A stretch of DNA of 32,000 nt from Planctopirus limnophila DSM 3776. Lineage in GTDB: Bacteria > Planctomycetota > Planctomycetia > Planctomycetales > Planctomycetaceae. This document shows positions 18,355-26,774 of this stretch, piece by piece. Under the pieces are notes generated by a model. It did no database searches and was not told the origin of the DNA. It saw only the letters and a program-made list of their open reading frames with translations. Position 1 is the stretch's first letter. Each line of letters begins with the position of its first letter. The translations under genes and the position numbers were made by a program. The DNA lies in contig NC_014148.1 of the NCBI RefSeq assembly GCF_000092105.1, positions 4,410,001 to 4,442,000 of the forward strand, read 5' to 3'.

Positions 18355-19848
18355 TCAGGCTGGCAAAGCGGGGAGATTAATAAACCGGGCATAGGCGTCA
18401 TCCCAGGCCGCTGAGTTCTGAGGTTCGTAATGCCGGACACTGGCCGATTCGCGGACGACGGCTCTTAAGTCGGCCAGATTCGAGAGTTCTCCCGAGGTGC
18501 GTGCCTGCACGAGGACATTCCCTAACGCTGTCGCTTCGATCGGGCCGGCAATCACAGGGCGATGACAGGCGTCGGCAGCGAACTGATTGAGCAGTTCATT
18601 CTGCGAGCCACCTCCCACAATGTGAATCACTTCTGTCTTTTCGCCCGAGAGTCCTTCCAGCCTTTCGAGGACTTGCCGGTATTTAAGTGCCAGCGATTCG
18701 AGTGCACAGCGAATGACAGCTCCTTCGTCATCAGGAACTTCCTGATTGGTCTTCTGACAGTAAGTCCGAATCGCTGCGGGCATGTCCTCCGGGGCGACGA
18801 AGAGGGGAGAATCGGGATTGATAAAGGCCCGGAACGATTTGGCATCGCGGGCAATCTGTGTCAGCAGACCATAATCGTAGCTGGCACCATGCCTTTCGAA
18901 CGATTTACGGCACTGCTGGACGAGCCACATCCCCATGATGTTTTTCAGCACTCGATATGTGTTATCAATGCCCCCTTCGTTGGTGATGTTCAGTTCGAGA
19001 GCCTTGGGTGTGAGAATGGCATGAGCCGATTCGATCCCCATGAGTGACCACGTTCCCGAGCTGATGTAGGCCCATTTTGTACTTCCTGTGAGTGCCGCGG
19101 GAACAGCAGCAATGGCAGCACCGGTATCGTGTGTCGCGGGTGCGACGACATTCAGCCTTGGTAAGCCCGAGCGACGGGCAACACTTTCGCGAAGCTGGCC
19201 CAGCGATGTCCCGGGGGCCACCACTTCCGGGAAGATGTGCGTGGGAATATCGAGCTTGCGCAGCATGTCGAACGCCCATGTCTTTTGTGTGGGGTGAAAG
19301 CATTGCGAGGTGGTGGCATTGGTGAATTCCACAACGCGGCTGCCACACAACAGCCAATGGAAGAAATCGGGCATCATGAGGAAACGATCAGCCACATCGA
19401 AGAGTTCGGGACTGGATCGGCGGGAAGCCAGCAACTGATAAAGCGAGTTGATCTCCATGAACTGGAGACCTGTGTTCTCGAAAATCTCTTTGCGGGAGAG
19501 CTGGCTGATCGCTGCATCCATCAAGCCGCGTGTCCGCGGATCGCGATAGTGATAAGGCTGGCCGAGGATTTCGTCCTTTTTTGACAGCAGGACATAATCG
19601 ACACCCCAGGTATCAACGCCGACAGAAACAATCGAGTCGCCATACTTCTGGGCGGCTTTGGCCAGACCCGTCTGGATTTCTGACCACAGGCGCACGACAT
19701 CCCAGCGCATCGTATCGCCCAGATGAACCGGGCCATTGGCGAACCGGTGGAGTTCATCGAGACGGATTTTACGTCCATCCAGCAGGCCAGCGATGACACG
19801 ACCACTCTCGGCACCCAGATCGATTGCCAGATAACAACGCTCGGCCAT
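18355..19848 (-). CDS. rhaB: rhamnulokinase (FGGY carbohydrate kinase family)
   Basis: 497 aa. [15 protein letters not shown]...[19 protein letters not shown] parallels the E. coli RhaB N-terminus (VAVDLGASSGRVM...IHRFNNG...WDV). The C-terminal [15 protein letters not shown] is an FGGY motif. Confidence 0.88.
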   Translation of the reverse strand: MAERCYLAIDLGAESGRVIAGLLDGRKIRLDELHRFANGPVHLGDTMRWDVVRLWSEIQTGLAKAAQKYGDSIVSVGVDTWGVDYVLLSKKDEILGQPYHYRDPRTRGLMDAAISQLSRKEIFENTGLQFMEINSLYQLLASRRSSPELFDVADRFLMMPDFFHWLLCGSRVVEFTNATTSQCFHPTQKTWAFDMLRKLDIPTHIFPEVVAPGTSLGQLRESVARRSGLPRLNVVAPATHDTGAAIAAVPAALTGSTKWAYISSGTWSLMGIESAHAILTPKALELNITNEGGIDNTYRVLKNIMGMWLVQQCRKSFERHGASYDYGLLTQIARDAKSFRAFINPDSPLFVAPEDMPAAIRTYCQKTNQEVPDDEGAVIRCALESLALKYRQVLERLEGLSGEKTEVIHIVGGGSQNELLNQFAADACHRPVIAGPIEATALGNVLVQARTSGELSNLADLRAVVRESASVRHYEPQNSAAWDDAYARFINLPALPA

Positions 19849-19932
19849 AACCCTCGCCCTACAACAACTGTGAACTCAAAAGTGTGATCTCAAAGATGAA
19901 GATCGATCATTCGCCCGGTCGATCCTGCTTTT

Positions 19933-19963
19933 TGTGCCATGCTTGCAGCCTGGGGCAAGCATG
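19933..19963 (+). repeat. REP-like palindromic repeat, copy F
   Basis: TGTGCCATGCTTGCAGCCTGGGGCAAGCATG. It lies between the rhaB start (19848) and the asnB stop (20181). Confidence 0.85.
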
Positions 19964-20180
19964 TTGTTACATGCCTCTATACGCGTCATCTCAAATGAAA
20001 TTTCGTAGCGGGAGACACATTGATGCGGGCTGGAGAATCGCTAACGGGAAATTGCCAGACTCACATCAATCTACGATGATGCAAGTTTGCACTGTCACTG
20101 TCGAGCCAAAACCCGTTTCTTGTGCGACAAAGTGGGTCGCAAGGCCAGCGAATTGACGCCTTGATGACTGGCGAGTTGCT

Positions 20181-22169
20181 CTATGCGGCCTGTTTTTCGA
20201 CGGGCATGAAGCTCGGCGAGTGCTGATCGGTGGCTGCACATGTCGCCTTCTGGCACATCCAGTTTTTGAGTACGAGCAGACTATAGAGTCTGTCGGCGTG
20301 GTTATCGCGGCCTGAGCGATGCTCGCGCAAAAGCTGCTCAATGGCAGAGGGTTCGAAGAGTTCATCCCAAAGTGAGTGAGGAGCCAGCAGTTTGTCATGC
20401 AGCCAATCGGCCAGCGATGTGGCAAACCACGTCTTGAGTGGCAACGAAAAACCCTTTTTGCGTCGCTCGGTGATCTCGGCAGGCAAATGGCGGCGGGCCA
20501 GTGCTCGCAAAGCGTACTTGGTTTCTTTGCTGCGAATCATCCAGTTCGCCGGAAGTGTCGCAGCGAATTCGGCCACGTGATGATCCAGAAATGGTGCCCG
20601 GGCTTCGACACCATAGCCCATCGTCGCGCGATCTCCCTTGAAGAGGAGTCGATCCGCCAGATTCGTGCCTTGATCGTCGAGCAATGCCCGATCGAGCCAC
20701 GTCAAGCCCTCATGGCGACTTCGCTCGGGAAGCTCAAACGTCTCTCCGAGCAAAGCCTTAAAACTTGATCGATAAAGGCTGGCACGCTGCCGAGGGTCGA
20801 AACCTCGCTTGCGAAGATCAGCTCGCCGACTGGAGAAAATGTTCCGCGCACTCCAGAGGACGAAATGACGGAATACACTGAAGGAGCCGTCGACAGAGAG
20901 GAGTCGCTCAACAGGGAGCGCAGCTCCCCAGATGTTATGCAGATTCTGCCACCATTGAGGAACTTGCGCGGACTCGCGGTACTTGCGGTATCCACCAAAC
21001 AGTTCATCACCACCATCACCTGTCAGCACTGTCTTGACTGTCTGGCTGGCGACGCGGCTCAATTTGAGTAAAGGAAGTAACGCCGCATCTCCCAGGGGAA
21101 GATCAAGTAGCTGCCCGCTGGTTTCGACGAGTTCCACAAAGTCTTCATCGTGAAACTCAACCACTTCCAGATCGCACCCCAGATGCCGGGCGGCACAGAG
21201 AGCCGCGGCCTGTTCATCCATCGATGAGCCAGGGAACGAAATGCAGAAGGCCGGCATCCGGCCATGGATATGCTTGCAGGCCAACGCTCCCAGAAGTGAA
21301 GAATCAATGCCACCACTCAAGTAGAGGCCCACAGGGACATCAGCCAGCAGATGTGAGCGAACGGCCTCATCGATGACTGCTTCAAGATCGTTGAGCCAGA
21401 AGTCTGCGGTCGATGACGTCGCAGAACAACGCCTCGGGACAGGAGGCGACCACCACGCCCAGGTTCTCAGTTCCGAAGTGGCTGTATCGGCTGCCGGTTC
21501 GCTGAACTGGAGATTAAGGGCATGACCGGCAGGGAGTGCTTTGACATTCTCAAACAACGTCCGGGGAGCAGGGACGAATTGGTAGTAAAGGTATTGATCC
21601 AGCGCCACAGGATCGATGGGAGCGGGTTCTTGAGATACTGCCTCGCCGACTGGGAGCAGTGCTGAAGCTTCTGAGGCGAATGAGAATCGTTCAGCCTGCC
21701 ACGAGTAATAGAACGGTTTCTGACCAAAGCGGTCGCGGGCAGCAAAGAGTGTTTTCTGCCTGGTATCGAGAATCGCGAAGGCGAACATCCCCTGCAGTTC
21801 ATCGAGACAGGCAGTGCCCACTTCTTCGTACAGGTGGACAATGACTTCGCAATCGCTCCCCGTGCGGAAGTGATGACCACGCGAGAGGAGTTCCTGGCGG
21901 ATTTCCTGGTGGTTGTAAATTTCTCCATTCGCAACAAGTGCGAGTGTGCGGTCTTCGTTAAAGAGTGGCTGGGCACCACCCGCGAGATCGATGATCGAAA
22001 GACGTGCATGACCCAGGCTGGCAAAGTTCGTCGAGAAAGTCGCGGAACCATCCGGGCCGCGATGAGCGAGTTGGCGCAGCATCGATTCGACACGGGATTT
22101 GGCCTTTGTGCTGGCGATTCCCGCTTGATCATGACCAATGGTTTCGACGCAACCACAAATCCCACACAT
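20181..22169 (-). CDS. asnB: asparagine synthase (glutamine-hydrolysing)
   Basis: 662 aa. MCGICG is the Ntn-amidotransferase N-terminus and LSGGIDSS is the PP-loop. The overall AsnB layout is present. Confidence 0.93.
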   Translation of the reverse strand: MCGICGCVETIGHDQAGIASTKAKSRVESMLRQLAHRGPDGSATFSTNFASLGHARLSIIDLAGGAQPLFNEDRTLALVANGEIYNHQEIRQELLSRGHHFRTGSDCEVIVHLYEEVGTACLDELQGMFAFAILDTRQKTLFAARDRFGQKPFYYSWQAERFSFASEASALLPVGEAVSQEPAPIDPVALDQYLYYQFVPAPRTLFENVKALPAGHALNLQFSEPAADTATSELRTWAWWSPPVPRRCSATSSTADFWLNDLEAVIDEAVRSHLLADVPVGLYLSGGIDSSLLGALACKHIHGRMPAFCISFPGSSMDEQAAALCAARHLGCDLEVVEFHDEDFVELVETSGQLLDLPLGDAALLPLLKLSRVASQTVKTVLTGDGGDELFGGYRKYRESAQVPQWWQNLHNIWGAALPVERLLSVDGSFSVFRHFVLWSARNIFSSRRADLRKRGFDPRQRASLYRSSFKALLGETFELPERSRHEGLTWLDRALLDDQGTNLADRLLFKGDRATMGYGVEARAPFLDHHVAEFAATLPANWMIRSKETKYALRALARRHLPAEITERRKKGFSLPLKTWFATSLADWLHDKLLAPHSLWDELFEPSAIEQLLREHRSGRDNHADRLYSLLVLKNWMCQKATCAATDQHSPSFMPVEKQAA

Positions 22170-22351
22170 GGTTCGAGCCTCCTTGCTCGCTGCCGGCAGA
22201 ATCAGTCGTCAACAGGACGGAATCTGCTGAATGATGTGGATGTACCCGAAATCGCCAGTTTGTGCCAGATATTGTCTGACGAGTGCATTTCCCGATCGTG
22301 AATGGGAATCTAAGGCCCCCCATCAGCTGGCCATCCGGGCACTCGCGTTCA

Positions 22352-24139
22352 TTAACCAATCAGACCTGCCAGCGAGTTAATGATCGAGGCGGCTGCAGCC
22401 GATGGTTCGGCCCCTGTCCACATGGTGGCAGTCGCTTCCCAGACCAGCCAGCCGTTAAGGACGACGAATAGTCCACCCAGACACAAGGCAATGGTCGTGG
22501 GGACACCGAACGAAGGGAGTGCATAAGCTGCCGACTCGGCTCGTGCAGAACCTCGCGTCGGCATGGCCTCTTCCGAGAAGTCTTCGTCATCAGCCAGAAC
22601 CGCATCCTCATCATCGTCTTCCATGACGAGATCGTCACCGCCTAAAGATTCGATTTCGTCGTCATCGTCGAAGCTGTCAATGACGGCTTCTTCGAGGTCG
22701 TCTGTCAGTTCGAGATCTTCGACTTCTTCGCCCAGAGTGAACTGATCCGAGATGCCCTGCTTGCGGCCTTTCGCTTTGCCGCTCCCTTTTGTCACAGGCT
22801 CAGCATCGTCGTCTTCACCCAGAATCAACATCTGAGTCACGTCTTCTTCCGAGACTTCGTCAGCAGAGTCCTGCTGCAATTGAGTGGCAAAGAGGTCTTC
22901 TTCCTGGAACTGCTCTTCTCGTGCCAGACGCTGGGTCGAGGAAGATTCCACCAGCGATTCTTCATCCTGCAGCGAAAGTTCATCGCTGAGATCAAAATCA
23001 TCATCGGCTGATGAGCTGACCGTCATACGCTGTGTGCCGGTGGTATCTGGTGCGGGAGCCGCATCGTCAGCAGCCAGATCGAGAGACAGACCCGAATCGC
23101 CCATATCGAGCGAAAGGCCGGAGTCGCCCACATCGAGCGATAAGCCGCTGTCACCAGTATCAAGCGAGAGACCGCTGTCGCCTGTGTCGAGAGACAATCC
23201 GCTATCACCGGTATCGAGTGAAAGCCCGCTGTCGGCTGTGCTCATCCGCAAACTGCTATCGCTCGATGCATCGAGAATGAAACCGCTTTCGTCGGCCGCT
23301 GGTTCGCCCGTATCGAGCGAGAGTCCGCTGTCTTCCATCCCCAGGGCCAGTGAGCCATCATCGATGATTGTGCCCGCCTCCTCGGGAAGTTCGAGACGAA
23401 TGCCAGTCTCTTCGCTTTCGTTGGAATCTTCAAAATCCAGATTGTTGGCGGACATGGCAGCCGCTTCCGAAGGAAAGTCGAGCCCGATGCCCGATTCATC
23501 CTGAAGCGCGGGTTCGTCACCATGCACACTGGAGGTATCATCACTGCCAGTCATCAGGTTCTGGACAAAACCACTGGAGGTTTCTGCAACTGGGGTGGGC
23601 TGGATTTGAGCAGCCGCATCACCGAGATCCAGGTCCGTACCGCCGGCAGTTTCATCAAAATCATCGTCACTGAACAGATCTGTCAGGGAGTTGTTTTTCG
23701 TCTGTACCTGGGCGGGTTCATCGGCAATCGTGGGTTCGTCAGCAGCGGGTACATCTTCGAGTTGAGACAGGAAATCCATAAGATCGTCTCCGTCATCGAC
23801 AACAGAGACATCGCTCGAAGAATCGTTCCCTTTCACGGGAGCGGTCGCCAAAGCATCTTCATCCAGTTCCAGGAACGAGACGGCATCCGGGCTGGCAGAA
23901 AAATCTCCATCAAAATCGAACGAAATGACATCCGAATCGGAGTTGCCTGAATTCGCAACGGGATTCGCCGGAGTCAATCCCCCCGCAATCAGTGCTTCGA
24001 TTTCCTCACGCTTGTATTTGAATGTCCCTCGATCGGCCAGGGCTTTGAGCTGGCCCTCTTGCACGAGAGATTCAATCTGATCTCGCGAAAGTCCAAACGT
24101 GGAGATGATTTCGTCGGCAGTGAAGAACTTTTTTTCCAT
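22352..24139 (-). CDS. highly acidic protein with an N-terminal HTH (excisionase/MerR-like), a D/E/S-rich repeat region and a C-terminal membrane anchor
   Basis: The ATG at 24139 is preceded by AGAGGA; the start at 24145 in the ORF track is a TTG. The N-terminus FFTADEIISTFGLSRDQIESLVQEGQLKALADRGTFKYKREEIEALI looks like an HTH_17-type fold. About 450 aa of acidic sequence follow, with roughly 12 [DE][ST]G[ILF]xL[DE] motifs. The C-terminal hydrophobic segment is VPTTIALCLGGLFVVLNGWLVW. Confidence 0.85.
   Translation of the reverse strand: MEKKFFTADEIISTFGLSRDQIESLVQEGQLKALADRGTFKYKREEIEALIAGGLTPANPVANSGNSDSDVISFDFDGDFSASPDAVSFLELDEDALATAPVKGNDSSSDVSVVDDGDDLMDFLSQLEDVPAADEPTIADEPAQVQTKNNSLTDLFSDDDFDETAGGTDLDLGDAAAQIQPTPVAETSSGFVQNLMTGSDDTSSVHGDEPALQDESGIGLDFPSEAAAMSANNLDFEDSNESEETGIRLELPEEAGTIIDDGSLALGMEDSGLSLDTGEPAADESGFILDASSDSSLRMSTADSGLSLDTGDSGLSLDTGDSGLSLDTGDSGLSLDVGDSGLSLDMGDSGLSLDLAADDAAPAPDTTGTQRMTVSSSADDDFDLSDELSLQDEESLVESSSTQRLAREEQFQEEDLFATQLQQDSADEVSEEDVTQMLILGEDDDAEPVTKGSGKAKGRKQGISDQFTLGEEVEDLELTDDLEEAVIDSFDDDDEIESLGGDDLVMEDDDEDAVLADDEDFSEEAMPTRGSARAESAAYALPSFGVPTTIALCLGGLFVVLNGWLVWEATATMWTGAEPSAAAASIINSLAGLIG
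23078..23233 (-). repeat. six tandem 27-nt coding repeats (DSGLSLDxG) inside the acidic protein gene
   Basis: Period-27 units on the coding strand: gacagcgggctttcactcgataccggt / gatagcggattgtctctcgacacaggc / gacagcggtctctcgcttgatactggt / gacagcggcttatcgctcgatgtgggc / gactccggcctttcgctcgatatgggc / gattcgggtctgtctctcgat. Confidence 0.85.
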
Positions 24140-24620
24140 GGTCAATCCTCTGATTCAGCAGCTTGAGGGCTGAATCAGCTACACAAAAAATACTCGGTGC
24201 CAGCGCGATTCCAGAGAGATCAGAGCAAGTCCTGGTGGAACAACTTCACTCAGAACGATGCCTGTCAGTCAGCCCTTTAAGGCCGAAGTGACGGTCATTC
24301 TGAGCTATTCGATACCAACGGGTCGCTTCAGACTCCTGAAAGGAGCGATTTGGATGGTGTGGAGGTGCCCGTCCCTGAGGCGTTACATTTTCTCTTATCG
24401 ATAAGATACCCCATAGAAAACACGTCTCGCCAGATGGGAAATGGGGAAGTGAAAAACTCACCGGAAAGTTGTTCGATCCTGACGCGAAGTCCGTTCGACC
24501 GATTTTTATTCAAGCCACTCAAGTGGCTATCAAGCCCACACAAACCCTACAGGTGGAAAAGCCGTCAAATTCACCGGGCCGATCCAGTGATGGGAGCGGT
24601 GACGGAAGAGCGGGCCATAT

Positions 24621-25823
24621 TCAGGAGGCCAGCCGATTGGCAATCTGATCGACAACAAAGTCGCCAATTTTGAGCGAAGCCGTCGCTGCCGGTGACGGAG
24701 CATTGCAGACGTTGACAACCAGGTCGCGCTCCTGAATCAGAAAATCATCCGCCAGTTCGCCCGTCGGCAGTAAGGCTTGTGCCCTCACCCCGGCTGGTGC
24801 CGGGATCAGGTCGTCGGAGTTGATATCCGGAACCAGCTTTTGAAGCGCTGTGACAAAGGCTTTTTTGCTGAGTGAACGCCAGAGTTCCCGCAACCCTTCA
24901 TCCCAGTTACGGAGCATCAGGAGCAAAAAGCCACGATAGGTGATCGTTTCGAAAAGATCGTAGGGGTTGAAGCTGGTTTTATGGTAGCCCTCGCGAGAAA
25001 AGGCCAGCACAGCGTTTGGGCCGCACTCGACTCCGCCGTGAATCATGCGGGTCAGATGCACACCCAGAAAGGGAAAATTCGGGTCGGGAACTGGATAGAT
25101 CAAGCCCCGGCAGAGTTTGTGCGCTGAAGGTTTCAGCTCAAAGTACTCGCCTCGGAACGGGACAATCTGAGCGGGTGGCATTTGTCCGGAGAGCCATGTG
25201 AGTCGATCACTTTGTAAGCCCCCGCAATTGATCACGGTTTTGCCTTCCACAGGGCCGCGAGTGGTTTCGACGACCATGTAATTCCCGTCGCGGTACATGC
25301 CGTAGACACGGGCAGATGTCAGAATTGTGTTTCCTTGCTGTCGGATCATTTCGGCCATTTTGTCGCAGACTTGCCGGTAATCGATGATGCCCGCTTCCGG
25401 CACATGCAGTGCGGCCACACCGCTGGCGTAAGGTTCAATCTCGCGAAGTCGTTCGGCAGTGATCTTTTCCGCCCGGACACCATTGGCCATGGCGCGCTCA
25501 AAGAGTTTGTCGAGTTGTGGCAATTCGGCCTCTTGAGTAGCCACGATCACCTTGCCGCAACACTCGTAGGGAATATCGTGCTGATCGCAGAATTGTTCGA
25601 GCAGTAACTTCCCTTCCCGGGCATTGATGGCCCGCATGGTGCCGGGTTTGTAATAGATACCGGTATGCAGGACGCCCGAGTTATGCCCGGTTTGATGCTG
25701 GGCGATTTCGCGCTCTTTATCGAGGACTGTAATCACCGCTTTGGGAAAGCGTTCGAGCAGGCGATACGCCGTCGCCAGGCCGACAATTCCGGCTCCAATA
25801 ATGACGACATCAGATCGCACCAT
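24621..25823 (-). CDS. lhgO: L-2-hydroxyglutarate oxidase (FAD-dependent)
   Basis: 400 aa. DVVIIGAGIVGLATA, HQTGHNSGVLHTGIYYKPG, PFRGEYF, PFLGVHLTRMIHGGVECGPNAVLAF, PAGVRAQA and CNAPSPAATAS align with E. coli LhgO (YgaF) along the whole length, from memory. Confidence 0.92.
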   Translation of the reverse strand: MVRSDVVIIGAGIVGLATAYRLLERFPKAVITVLDKEREIAQHQTGHNSGVLHTGIYYKPGTMRAINAREGKLLLEQFCDQHDIPYECCGKVIVATQEAELPQLDKLFERAMANGVRAEKITAERLREIEPYASGVAALHVPEAGIIDYRQVCDKMAEMIRQQGNTILTSARVYGMYRDGNYMVVETTRGPVEGKTVINCGGLQSDRLTWLSGQMPPAQIVPFRGEYFELKPSAHKLCRGLIYPVPDPNFPFLGVHLTRMIHGGVECGPNAVLAFSREGYHKTSFNPYDLFETITYRGFLLLMLRNWDEGLRELWRSLSKKAFVTALQKLVPDINSDDLIPAPAGVRAQALLPTGELADDFLIQERDLVVNVCNAPSPAATASLKIGDFVVDQIANRLAS

Positions 25824-25951
25824 GTTCGTTTCCTCGGCAGGCTCTCATCAACAGACCAGATTCGTGGATCGGCGGTAAAGTCTCTCAAATCCACCCAGTT
25901 TGAACAACAGGAGAGGACGAAAGCCTGGCGCTATCGAGTCTTATCCAGGTA

Positions 25952-25992
25952 AGAAAAAAAGTGATCTGACGAACGAAAATTCGCCAGATCAC
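25952..25992 (-). terminator. intrinsic terminator-like hairpin downstream of the CAP-domain gene
   Basis: The minus strand reads AGTGATCTGGCGAATTTTCGTTCGTCAGATCACTTTTTTTC. The long imperfect stem is followed by T7. It lies about 95 nt after the stop at 26088. Confidence 0.55.
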
Positions 25993-26087
25993 TCGATTTG
26001 GGACATTAACGGGTATTGAGAGTTAACCCGAGAGGCGAACTCTCCAGGATTGGTTTCGTGATCGTAGAGCCGACTGCACGGAATCGA

Positions 26088-26504
26088 TTAACGAACAACG
26101 CCCACCCAGCAGTAACGCCCGCCAGAGACCATGTACCCAAAGCCACATTCAGAACCACTCAAAAGAATCGAGTGGTGAGCAGGTGAATAGATCCACCCCT
26201 GAACTGCGGCATCGGCCGAGGTCACACCCTGGAAGATGACTTCCATGTATGGCAGACCGCTGTGAGCAAACACACCAGTTGTCGCCATGTAATTAGCATG
26301 CTGCTGGGCATGCGCGCACATGACTGGATTCAGAGCGAGCGGAGCCCGCCCCATACGACCGCGGTGAGCGTTGGTGAGCTGCACCAGTCGCTGAATCGTT
26401 GGGTGCTGAGTCAGATAGCTGTAGTCATTGGCGACACCGTTGGTGGTGTGTCCGAACAGGCATGCCACTGAAACCAGCGCCGCGCAAACGATTCCGTACT
26501 TCAT
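26088..26504 (-). CDS. exported CAP/SCP (PR-1-like, YkwD-type) domain protein
   Basis: 138 aa with a signal peptide. NAHRGRMGRAPLALNPVMCAHAQQHANYMATTGVFAHSG...GWIYSPAHHSILL is a CAP-domain pattern. A strong SD (GGAGGG) lies upstream of the ATG. Confidence 0.82.
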   Translation of the reverse strand: MKYGIVCAALVSVACLFGHTTNGVANDYSYLTQHPTIQRLVQLTNAHRGRMGRAPLALNPVMCAHAQQHANYMATTGVFAHSGLPYMEVIFQGVTSADAAVQGWIYSPAHHSILLSGSECGFGYMVSGGRYCWVGVVR

Positions 26505-26774
26505 TCGATATCCCTCCCTGTGGAAGAAGACTGCCGATCCTTAACAACCTTGATCGATGAGTGACCAGGAAGTGAGGCTCAGAAGTCCAATTCGTGTCAG
26601 ACGACCTGACGCGACTGTCAAACACGGTAAACCACAAAAACTTTGCGGATCAAGTGTACGCACACCTGGTTTTTCGAACAGGTGATCAAAAGTCACTGAT
26701 GACTTGATGCGACCTGCTTTACACAAGGCATTGCAATCCGCCGGCGTGACGAGCGTCATTGAGAGAGAGCTGAG

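Noticed and set aside
10227-19963. The palindromic repeats as a CRISPR array
   Set aside because: Copies are 1-3.3 kb apart, occur in both orientations and are separated by ordinary housekeeping genes. There is no regular repeat-spacer periodicity and there are no cas genes.
19884-20156. Small ORFs that span REP-like copies: 19884-20156, 12400-12660, 16595-16963 and 10139-10387
   Set aside because: Each exists only because the palindromic repeat contributes ATG-containing sequence (CATGCTTGC / GCAAGCATG). The repeat is read in different frames in different copies, so it is not a conserved coding module.
22884-23504. 206 aa Ser-rich + strand ORF
   Set aside because: It is a mirror-image frame of the acidic repeat gene, where GAx/GAC codons read in reverse give TCx Ser codons. 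It has no independent start signals.
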